Below are positions 11,101 through 22,600 of a stretch of DNA of 64,000 nt, one piece after another (within the stretch, counting starts at the first letter, position 1; every line of letters begins with the position of its first letter). Source of the stretch: Pecten maximus (Eukaryota). The notes beneath the pieces are model-generated. The model was given only the letters and a program-made list of their open reading frames with translations, searched no databases and was not told the DNA's origin. The position numbers and the translations under genes were made by a program. Location of the stretch: NCBI RefSeq assembly GCF_902652985.1, contig NC_047030.1, positions 11,842,001-11,906,000 of the forward strand. The letters run 5' to 3'.

Positions 11101-13731
11101 AACGCAGACAGAAATTCTGAATTGAGAAGCATATGTTTGTTCAGTTATGACTGGTTATTGGCAAAGTTAACGGCCACATCTGTCCAGCAGCTCTTGTCTG
11201 ATTTCCTTTTGTCAAAGCATAATAAAGATGGAATCCTTCAGCGAGTTCTGAAAACAGCACAATCTACACTCGCAAAATATCCCAAAACCCTTGCTATGGA
11301 AATTTCTGGCCATCTTTTACCACTGCTAGCTGATGCTAAAAACAGTGTGGAGAAATTCCTGGTCGAGGAATGTTTGGATAGGATTCGATCGGAAAAAACA
11401 ACTTTGCCATACCAAACTTGCTACAGCACTCCTAAGGAAGCCCTTCTCTTCAAGATAGAGCATCAGGGTATTCCATTTGGATCTTCTCTCGTGGCTGTTT
11501 CCAGCGACTCATCTCACCTGATAGCTTTAGCTGAAAACAATGTCTTGGTTATGTGGGACCTGACAACTGGAGAAGTGGAACAGCAGATTAAGTTACTGGA
11601 TCCAGACATTGTGAAGCTTAACATCATGACCATCTGTCACGAACAGAACATGGCCATGTTTTACTCTAGCTACCAGAAGCAGCGGAATCAAGTTGTGGTG
11701 GTGAACATGTCCACTGGCAATATAGTCAACAGTGTGGAGATGGAGAAGGCTTATCCTGGTGTCGGTTTTACGGACAGTCTGTCGTTTGACTTGACCGAAA
11801 CAAAAATCATCTGCATGTACAAAGGTCATTCGGCAGATCTTTTTGACCGGCAGACAGGAAAGCTTGTCTCTCAATTTGACATAGTAGCTGATGACATGGT
11901 TCTGCTCCCTCAACAAGATCGTATCTTGTTTCATGAGAAGCAGACACTGAAGTACAGACTATTTGACGTAAATTCTGGAGAACATCTAGCTGAAACGGAG
12001 ATTCCCCAAGCACCAATGAAAATTATACCAGTTCCCTCAGGTACAGAGGCAGTTGTCATCTTCAAAGACTCTTTAAACTTCAATGTTATTTGTCTTGATG
12101 CCAATGATAAGAAATTTGGAAATCTTCTTGGTGAGAGAAAAATCTCTCAGAAGGCACAAACACCTCTCAGTATTACCGATGCAAAGTTTTCATTGGACAA
12201 AGAAAATCTTATTTTGACAACAAGTCAAGGATTCGTTATCCATCATTACAAGTCTAATCGGGAGAAAAATGTATTTTCAATACCCAGTAATGTAAAACCT
12301 GACCACAAAGTTCTGGCTTTCGAAGGACACATGACACCCGACAGGAAATTCTTTGTTTCGGCGTACGAAGGTCATCTTATTGTTTGGGATACAGAGACCA
12401 GTAGGGTTTTACAAGCCATGGAAATAAGTCGCTCCAAAACAGTAGCAGCTGTCATGCCTGAAAATGGTGATTTTCTTGTAACAACCCACAAACGGAATAA
12501 TGTCTTGACAGTGTGGAAGGTCTCATCACTTGTGTCTAAACAGGTGTCTTTTGAACCCCTGACAATAAAAACTGCTCCACGATATCTGGACGTGTCAGAG
12601 ACTGGACAAATTGCTGTTATGCGAGGAAACATGTCAAACGAGGTGGCCATTTTGGATATTCTTGGTGGCTGTATAAAATTTTACATTTCCAAAGACTACG
12701 AGGTGATGCAGCCCGTGATAACACCTAATGGACAACATGTCGTCCTGAGGGAATACAGCTCGGAGGACGTCCTCAAGGTGTGGAGCACAGAAACTGGACA
12801 TCTTTGTAGTTCTGTTCCCTTGTCAAGTCTCTTAGTGAAGTACTATGTACTTGCTGATAACAAAATGGCAGTCTATGTCAATGATTCAGGAGTAGCTCAG
12901 GTGAGTTTCTGGAGCATTCCAGAATCAAAACATATTCGCACACAGGAGCTAGGAACTGCTTTAATTGGAGACATGTTCATGTTCTTCGATTCTACCAGTG
13001 AAAATATCATCATTTCAGAATCGGTCTCATCAGGAGAAGTTGACCTGTCAAATCTGGTTGTTTACAATATTGAAACAGGTGAAAAGCGATTAACCCTCCC
13101 CCGGGTTGTCTCAAGTTGCACTCAGAGTCTAGTAAAAGAAAAAGACTTGGTCCTACTCCAACAATGTGATGAAGGATCTGACAGCAAGTCGCTGATTGTC
13201 CTCAACGTCAGGTCTGGTGAGGTGAAGCGAAAGGGAAACGTTTGCTCATCCACCAGGCTTTTCACATGTAAGGATGGCCGCTATGGCATAGACAGAAGCA
13301 GAAAATTGTATAACCTTGAAAAAATGACTTTTGAATTTCAATATGACCCGGATGGAGACTATCCTAAAAAGCCGAGTCAACAAGCAAGTCCAAAGATAAG
13401 TAAAGATGGACATGCTGCTGTGTGGCTTAATGTGTACGCCTGCCTATTGATGATTGGCGACACCAAGACAGGAAGTACAATTAGTGTCTGTCCAATCCAT
13501 AGCATTCCGCTATCACTCACAATCACCCCATATAATCTTCTACTCATTGCTTGTGAGGATGGACGTCTCATGTTGCTGCAGCTGGTCGATGATGCACCGG
13601 AGGAAAGCAACTTTATCTCAGGGTTTTTGTCCCGACATAAAAGTCACAGTCAGAAAACGAAGGTGGTGAAGTACAAGGCAATGAACAAACCCCAGGGACA
13701 AAAGGTGTCTAAGTCATGTAATGTTTTGTGA
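2132..13731 (+). CDS. NACHT and WD40 repeat protein (NWD1/NWD2-like STAND NTPase with N-terminal DUF4062-like domain); ~1670 aa after correcting one +1 frameshift
   Basis: GT-AG exons with compatible phases: 2132-2234, 2791-2879, 3790-3906, 5262-5465, 5642-5771, 7450-7684, 8523-8682, 9063-9233, 9927-13731. Motifs: VRIFISSTFTD..ERNLL..VVDMRWGV (NWD N-terminus), Walker A GPSGSGKT, Walker B LVILLDSLDQL, LPLYVKL, GISEAELEDVLSLDD, WYHRQF, then WD40-like repeats. Frameshift at 10197-10200. Confidence 0.9.
3196..3798 (+). repeat. 54-bp tandem repeat, ~11 copies, built from the acceptor junction of NWD exon 3
   Basis: Unit GATGTTTAATGATCTAG|GTGGTTGATGTACAG|GTGAGTTAATTAATTTCCCGGT. CTAG recurs every 54 bp from 3246 to 3786, and the last copy is the real acceptor (CTAG|GTAGTTGACATG). 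Confidence 0.95.
4413..4916 (+). mobile_element. SINE copy (Meta/MESC-like central domain), same family as 30140-30661
   Basis: Colinear similarity to 30140-30661; AAAAATGGTAGTTGCTACTCCTGCTTAGCGCTCAGCAT central motif; (AAACC)n-like tail. Confidence 0.75.
5428..5518 (+). repeat. 41-bp tandem duplication spanning the NWD exon 4 donor
   Basis: CAGCCAATC.GCT.TATTAT.ACAGAGTACAAAAACAAG|GTCAGCCAATC occurs twice, with donor GT at 5466 and 5507. Confidence 0.9.
6706..6950 (+). mobile_element. tRNA-derived V-SINE-like element
   Basis: A box TGGCACAGTGG, B box GGTTCAATTCC, and V-domain-like GGGTTTTCCCCAGGTACTCCGGTTTCCTCCCAC. Degenerate antisense fragments occur near 8760-8900 and 61370-61470. Confidence 0.75.
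9471..9945 (+). repeat. Duplicated NWD exon 9 acceptor (three copies)
   Basis: AG|GTCCC(C/A)TTTACATA at 9476/7, 9874/5 and at the real site 9926/7. The first two copies continue TATCATGAGTA.ATCATACGTAATATTTT. Confidence 0.85.
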
Positions 13732-15249
13732 AGGGTCATATAGTTAGTGACTGTTACGAGATCTTTAGTGGCACTAGTAGGTGGTATAATACACAGCTTT
13801 ACCAAGTAATATTTATGACAATAGGCAATACACATTGAAATATGTGCAAGCCCTTGCATTTCAAATTTTCTTTAGGAAATTATCAAAATTTATCCTTAAA
13901 AAAGCTCATCCCCTAGTGTAAAAGTTGAGTATGTGTTAAAGTTTGGAGTGGGATTTTTGTTATTTTTGAATCACTTTCAGCTTTATTTCTATTTTAGAAT
14001 TGATGATTCTGCAAAAATGAAGTCTTCTTGGGCAGGGGCTTATTTGTGGATAAATATGACAGTCATCTAAAAGTAATTGTTTTCCCCATGTTATTTGGAG
14101 AATGGCATTATTTACTGTAAATGTGGAAATTTAAGTGAGGTGGAAATTTACACTACATACACAGCCATTTGGCTGCATGAATTTTACCCATATGCATTAT
14201 TTTGTGATGTATGTGGCATTTATGAAATGGGTGAAAAAGAAAAATTTGTGGAAATAACTCCCACACATATAATTTACCTATCAAAATGACAAAAATATGT
14301 CCTTGCAGAAATAACCACATTTACAGTTGACATTAAAATTACATTTGTATATAATGATGATAACACCTAGTATATTAACCAACATCATACTTTTAACATA
14401 CATTTTTTTTGTACATATGTATGTTAAAAACAAAATTTATTTAAAAAAAAAAATTCTAAAATTATGAGTTAATGACATGAAATTATCAGAAATCAAAGAT
14501 GTTAGTTTTTCATGTCGCATCAACACTAGTCATATTTTATACATTCATGTTGAAAGCCTTTAATTATGATTGCACTAATTAGTTTCTGTATATTGATTTC
14601 TATGGAAAATACTATAGGCACACCAATTTATCATTATGATAATCTGTTAAAATTCACCTATGTGCTTAAAATTGGCATGTGTGAAAATAGCTGTGTTTAC
14701 AGTAATGTGATATTTTGTCATTAATTACCAAATCATTTATCCTTCTGTTGATATTATTTATAATAAGATGGAGGCCCTTTTGACAACACAATAATTGTTT
14801 TCCTGTAACCTCCTCTCTCTTCCATGTCTCGTGTTATACATGTACATGTATGTACTGTGCATTACTTTAATTTCCTCAGTGATAACGTACTGTCCTCCAT
14901 GCTTGTTTATTGGGATTTGATTTTTTTTATGCATTTCTGTTCTTCAGACCCTTAAATAATCACGAGAGTTGTTTTGATATGTTTTGAAATTATGAATCAT
15001 ATTTTTACATACTGTTTATATTAACCCATGTTATCTTTCGTGTAGTTCAGTTCTGGGTTGGTAACTCTTTTACTATGAGACTAGGGCAATGATGAGCGTG
15101 GTCTGCTCTATAGTAAATTATTAAATACAATTTGACTCGTATATGTCCCAGCTCTGTGTCTAGTTGGTCTTTTTAATAAACTTTGTTTCATAGATTGGTT
15201 ATAATCATGATCGATGTTCTACGCATGTATATACATATGTATTTATCAA

Positions 15250-15540
15250 GTTTGTTTGCTAAGTTAATCTCCTTGTGAATACCCAGGGTCATTTTGAGGC
15301 GTGGTCTCCTTGTAGTAGTTGGTGACTACCTCACTGAACAACATATGGAAGGCCTGTTGCATGCCATCCACAGCAATTATGGTTAAGTGTCTTGCCAAAG
15401 GACAAAACCATGACAGCACAGACAGCCCCCTTTCTCAGCGTTCAGTAAAACACAGCCCTACATTGGTAGGGAGTGTTGAACCTCTGTGTTCAACTGAGGT
15501 TATGTGGCCAGCGCTCTTGCCAACAGACTTATCGAGAAAC
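15250..15540 (-). mobile_element. CORE-SINE-like element (family with ~7 copies in the window)
   Basis: Antisense CORE-like motif (TTAAGTGTCTTGCCAAAGGACA) and shared body GGTCTCCTTGTAGTAGTTGGTGACTACCTCACTGAACAACATATG. Similar copies lie at ~17545-17805, 25575-25820, 40470-40720, 44715-45030(+), 49570-49865 and 60305-60470(+). Confidence 0.7.
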
Positions 15541-16683
15541 CTGCATATTGATAATGAACTGAACATGTAATAAATAATTTGTCATATTTTCCTATTACTT
15601 TTTATGTGTATCTACCTCTATTTGTTGATTATGAAATGGAAAGATTGATTTTTGCTGATCTACTGTTTATTTTAAGCAAACGTTAATATTCATTACATCT
15701 TAACCAATATAATATTAGAAATATGTCAACTTGATAAAAAGTTACATTTATATAATAGTTCTGATTGTAAAAATTGTAAATAAATTATGCTTGGTTACCT
15801 CAAACACTCGGAGTATCTTCAGAAGTTTTTTCAGAACTCCATTGACTGTGATATTAGTTTGACTGTTTGTAAACTGTAAATTTTGTATATTCTATAGTTC
15901 TTAACTCTATGTACTATAAAAATTGACTGTGATATATAGATATTAACTGGACAATTATTTTGGTTTAATGTAAGAATGAACCATTGTCAAATCATCTTTG
16001 ATGCAAGTTTCTGTTCACTTGCACTTTTAACTTATGTTCTTTGTTTCATTCTGTTAGCGATAAGCTCGACAGCCAATGGGGTCGAGAATGGTACTTTTAT
16101 TGTATCAGTTGACAATTTATCATTTCACATAATTTTACTCTTTACAGGGTTATATATGTACTCAGTCAGGTGATATTAATAAGACAGTATAGGTAATAGT
16201 ACCTTGATATATTAAAATTATACTACATTGTACACGTATTAAGAGTTTTTTTATCCAGCACATCAACATATTTTAAGTAGACATATTCAGTAGAGAAAAT
16301 AGACAATGGGTTATCAACAACAATAAAGGTAAAGTGTCTTGCCTAAGGACACAATCTGACAGCAAAGAGCAGTCCGTTTCTTGGGTTCCAGAAACCTCCA
16401 ACCCCCTCTTTCTCAGCAGATTGATACATGAATGTAGGCCTCATGGAGAAAGCACACTGTGGATAATTTACAATACATCTCGAAGAAGGCCCTATAGTAT
16501 CAACCCTTAAAAATTAGTCGGCCTCGGGTGTAATAGACTCGAGCTAAGTTTCTGTTGATAACCTAGACTATAACAGAAATAATTAAACCAATAATATATG
16601 AACAATTTACTTTATTTCTCACATAAGATATTCACAGTCTCTTAGTAACTTTCACACGCACACATTCCATACATAGCGCTACC

Positions 16684-19600
16684 CTAGTTGCCAAAAGCTT
16701 GACTGCTGGCCTCGTCTGTCAGGGCCTGTCGGTATGATTTTACTGCTTCCTTCAAGTCTTGTAACTTTTGTTCACTGTAGGTGTCACAGTATTTCTGTAA
16801 AGTAAAAAGTAATGAATGTCAGAACATATATATGAATTTGTCATGTATCTCTATCATTCATATAATCAATACCTTAAATTCCTGCTGATTGCCTGCAGGC
16901 TATACAATTGAAAACATTTAGAAATGCCTGATGAAGCAGGCTATCTCCCAAAATGTTTTCCAAAAGCCATAAAAAGCAGGCTATTTAAAATTCACATAAT
17001 CTACAGGGTGTGTTGCGATGTCCATAGTACAATGCAAATATATTCCAGGGTTGGTTTGAATACATTTGATGTATTGAGAGAAAGTGAGCTGAACACAAAA
17101 CTTGGTCCAGCATATCTACAATTTCATTGGACAACAAATTCTGAATGATATTCGATCTCAGTTTGAAGGGTGTGTCCACTATGTGATCCAAGTATAAACC
17201 AAGATTGGTTAAAGCTAGACATATACTTTTTGAGCAATAGACTCAAATGCAAAACTTTAAAGTGAAATGCCAGTTAAAAGCAACACCATAGTCTTTCGTG
17301 ACATGTTGTAGACAAGACAAAAATACATAAAATTTATGTTTTTCTAAAATGTCTGTATGTCTGTGGTTTTCAAAGTAACACTACAGAGATTATTTGTTCC
17401 TTTTTCATTGCATCTTGACATCAATTGTCGAGAACCAATTACCAGGTAAGTCAAATGGATATTACCGGTAAGTCGTAAGTGATCACATGTACTAACAACT
17501 AGACTTATCCTGTTAGGGACCTTCATACCAATATCACATAGTGATCAACCAGAGTCCTTCTGAGGTGAGGATCCTTGTAGAAGCTGGTGGCTATCTCAAA
17601 CAATATATGGCCTGTCACATGCCCTCCAAAGTAATTTGAGTAAAGTGTCTTTGGGAAGGACACAACCATTACAGGGCAGGACTGTCTTTGATCTCAACAT
17701 CCCGAGGAACACAAACTGCCCAAGCACAGATTGAACCACACAACTCTGATATCAGCCAAATCAGCATTAGTCAGATGCACTACCAACTAAGCTATTGTGT
17801 CCCAAATTACTTAAGTAATACCTTGGAATAACAGTAACAAATTCAAAGAAGATACCTGAATTGCTGTTTGAATTATAAAGCTATCAAATAAACCAGATAC
17901 CATTTTAATAACCAGCCTTTGTATATATGTTGTAATCATCTTATGGTATCTTATTGTTACTTAACTCAAATATCTGTAATCTGTATACCCTGTAAAAACC
18001 TCTACAATAATCTGAGTAACTACCTTTATTATGATCCGAGTACCTACCTCTACAACAATCCAAGTACCTACCTCTACAACAATCTATAGCTACCTCTATT
18101 ATAATCCGAGTATCTACCTCTATAATGATCCAGGTACCTACCTCTATTATGATCGGAGTACCTACCTCTACAACAATCCAAGTACCTACCTCTACAACAA
18201 TCCGAGTACTTACCTCTATCATAATCAAAGTACCTACCTCTATTATTATCCGAGTATCTACCTCTATTATGATCCGAGTACCTACCTCTATCATAATCAA
18301 AGTACCTACCTCTATTATTATCCGAGTATCTACCTCTGTAATGATCCGAGTATCTACCTCTATTATGATCTGAGTACCTACCTCTATTATGATCCGAGTA
18401 TCTACCTCTATTATGATCTGAGTACCTACCTCTATAATGATCCGAGTACCTACCTCTATTGTGATCCGAGTACCTAACTCTATAATGATCCGAGTACCTA
18501 CCTCTATTATGATCTGAGTACCTACCTCTATTATGATCCGAGTATCTACCTCTATTATGATCCGTATACCTACATCAATTATGATCTGAGTACCTACCTC
18601 TATTATGATCTGAGTACCTACCTCTATTATGATCTGAGTACCTACCTCTATTATGATCTGAGTACCTACCTCTATCAATATCCGAGTACCTACCTCTATT
18701 TTGATCGGAGTAGCTACCTCTATTATGATCGGAGTACCTTCCTCTATAATGATCCAAGTACCTACCTCTATAATGATCCGAGTACCTACCTCTATCATGA
18801 TCCGAGTAGCTACTTCTATTATGATCCGAGTAGCTACCTCTATTATGATCCGAGTACCTACCTCTATAATGATCCGAGTACCTACCTCTATAATGATCCG
18901 AGTACCTACCTCTATAATGATCCGAGTACCTACATTTATTATGATCTGAGTACCTACCTCTATAATGATCCGAGTACCTACCTCTATTATGATCCGAGTA
19001 TCTACCTCTGTAATGATCCGAGTATCTACCTCTATTATGATCTGAGTACCTACCTCTATTATGATCTGAGTACCTACCTCTATTATGATCCGAGTATCTA
19101 CCTCTGTAATGATCCGAGTATCTACCTCTATAATGATCCGAGTACCTACATTATTATGATCTGAGTACCTACCTCTATTATGATCCGAGTATCTACCTCT
19201 GTAATGATCCGAGTATCTACCTCTGTAATGATCCGAGTATCTACCTCTATTATGATCTGAATACCTACCTCTATTATGATCTGAGTAGCTACCTCTATTA
19301 TGATCCGAGTAGCTACCTCTATTATGATCCGAGTACCTACCTCTATCATGATCCGAGTATCTCCCTCTATTATGATCTGAGTACCTACCTCTATTATGAT
19401 CCGAGTATCTCCCTCTATTATGATCGGAGTACCTTCCTCTATAATGATCCAAGTACCTACCTCTATCATGATCCGAGTAGCTACTTCTATTATGATCCGA
19501 GTAGCTACCTCTATTATGATCTGAGTACCTACCTCTATAATGATCCGAGTACCTACCTCTATAATGATCCGAGTACCTACCTCTATAATGATCCGAGTAC

Positions 19601-22600
19601 CTACCTCTATAATGATCCGAGTACCTACATTTATTATGATCTGAGTACCTACCTCTATAATGATCCGAGTACCTACCTCTATCATAATCAAAGTACCTAC
19701 CTCTATTATTATCCAAGTATCTACCTCTATTATGATCCGAGTACCTACCTCTATCATAATCAAAGTACCTACCTCTATTATTATCCGAGTATCTACCTCT
19801 GTAATGATCCGAGTATCTACCTCTATTATGATCTGAGTACCTACCTCTATTATGATCCGAGTATCTACCTCTATTATGATCTGAGTACCTACCTCTATAA
19901 TGATCCGAGTACCTACCTCTATTGTGATCCGAGTACCTAACTCTATAATGATCCGAGTACCTACCTCTATTATGATCTGAGTACCTACCTCTATTATGAT
20001 CCGAGTATCTACCTCTATTATGATCCGAGTACCTACATCAATTATGATCTGAGTACCTACCTCTATTATGATCTGAGTACCTACCTCTATTATGATCTGA
20101 GTACCTACCTCTATTATGATCTGAGTACCTACCTCTATCAATATCCGAGTACCTACCTCTATTTTGATCGGAGTAGCTACCTCTATTATGATCGGAGTAC
20201 CTTCCTCTATAATGATCCAAGTACCTACCTCTATAATGATCCGAGTACCTACCTCTATCATGATCCGAGTAGCTACTTCTATTATGATCCGAGTAGCTAC
20301 CTCTATTATGATCCGAGTACCTACCTCTATAATGATCCGAGTACCTACCTCTATAATGATCCGAGTACCTACCTCTATAATGATCCGAGTACCTACATTT
20401 ATTATGATCTGAGTACCTACCTCTATAATGATCCGAGTACCTACCTCTATTATGATCCGAGTATCTACCTCTGTAATGATCTGAGTATCTACCTCTATTA
20501 TGATCTGAGTACCTACCTCTATTATGATCTGAGTACCTACCTCTATTATGATCCGAGTAGCTACCTCTATTATGATCTGAGTACCTACCTCTATCATGAT
20601 CCGAGTATCTACCTCTATTATGATCTGAGTACCTACCTCGATTATGATCCGAGTATCTACCTCTATTATGATCTGAGTACCTACCTCTATAATGATCCGA
20701 GTACCTACCTCTATTGTGATCCGAGTACCTAACTCTATAATGATCCGAGTACCTACCTCTATTATGATCTGAGTACCTACCTCTATTATGATCTGAGTAC
20801 CTACCTCTATCATTATCCGAGTACCTACCTCTATTTTGATCGGAGTAGCTACCTCTATTATGATCGGAGTACCTTCCTCTATAATGATCCAAGTACCTAC
20901 CTCTATCATGATCCGAGTAGCTACTTCTATTATGATCCGAGTAGCTACCTCTTTTATGATCCGAGTACCTACCTCTATAATGATCCGAGTACCTACCTCT
21001 ATAATGATCCGAGTACCTACCTCTATAATGATCCGAGTACCTACATTTATTATGATCTGAGTACCTACCTCTATAATGATCCGAGTACCTACCTCTATTA
21101 TGATCCGAGTATCTACCTCTGTAATGATCCGAGTATCTACCTCTATTATGATCTGAGTACCTACCTCTATTATGATCTGAGTACCTACCTCTATTATGAT
21201 CCGAGTAGCTACCTCTATTATGATCCGAGTACCTACCTCTATAATGATCCGAGTACCTACCTCTATAATGATCCGAGTACCTACCTCTATAATGATCCGA
21301 GTACCTACATTTATTATGATCTGAGTACCTACCTCTATTATGATCTGAGTACCTACCTCTATTATGATCTGAGTACCTACCTCTATTATGATCTGAGTAC
21401 CTACCTCTATCATTATCCGAGTACCTACCTCTATTTTGATCGGAGTAGCTACCTCTATTATGATCGGAGTACCTTCCTCTATAATGATCCGAGTACCTAC
21501 CTCTATCATGATCCGAGTAGCTACTTCTATTATGATCCGAGTAGCTACCTCTATTATGATCCGAGTACCTACCTCTATAATGATCCGAGTACCTACCTCT
21601 ATAATGATCCGAGTACCTACCTCTATAATGATCCGAGTACCTACATTTATTATGATCCGAGTACCTACCTCTATACTGATCCGAGTACCTACCTCTATTA
21701 TGATCCGAGTATCTACCTCTATTATGATCGGAGTAGCTACCTCTATAATGCTCTAAGTACCTACCTCTATTATGATCCGAGTACCTACCTCTATTATGAT
21801 CAGAGTACCTTCCTCTATAATGATCCGAGTACCTACCTCTATAATGATCCGAGTACCTACCTCTATTATGATCTGAGTACCTGCCTCTATTATAATCTGA
21901 GTATGGTACCTATACCACTATTATGATCCGAGTACCATCCTATATTATGATCTGAGTACATACCTCTATTATGATTCATGTACCTGCCTCTATTTACCTA
22001 CCTCTATTATATCTGAGTACTATAATCCGAGTACCTACCTCTATTATAATCCGAGTATGGTACATATACCACTATTATGATCTGAGTACCTTCCTCTATT
22101 ATGATCAGAGTACCTTCCTCTATAATGATCGAAGTACCTACCTCTATTATGATCCGAGTACCATCCTATATTATGATCCGAGTACCTACCTCTATTATGA
22201 TTCATGTACCTGCCTCTATTATAATCCGAGTATGGTACATATACCACTATTATGATCTGAGTACCTAGTTTTATTATTTGAGTACCTACCTCTATTATAT
22301 CTGAGTACTATAATCCGAGTACCTACCTCTATTATATCTGAGTACTATAATCCGAGTACCTACCTCTATTATGATCCTAGTATGGTACCTATACCACTAT
22401 AATGATCCGAGTACCTAGTTTTATTATTTGAGTACCTACCTCTATTATATCTGAGTACTATAATCCGAGTACCTACCTCTATTAAGTTCAATAGGTCTTC
22501 TGTGTCTGTAGATATATCTTGTGGTACTGGTATTTTCTTGTTTTTGTGGATGTTTTCGAATAGGTGAATTAAACTGACAGCATCAAGTAACCTGGAAAAA

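Noticed and set aside
10186-13731. 1181-aa ORF as a stand-alone gene
   Set aside because: It starts at a TTG in the middle of the NACHT domain and is the post-frameshift part of NWD exon 9.
17941-21509. 591-aa and 787-aa minus-strand ORFs (RGRYSDHN / IIIEVGTR repeats)
   Set aside because: These are translations of a 24-bp minisatellite inside an MRPS22 intron. Several frames are open simply because the unit lacks stops, and read-through from the exon stops within ~105 nt.
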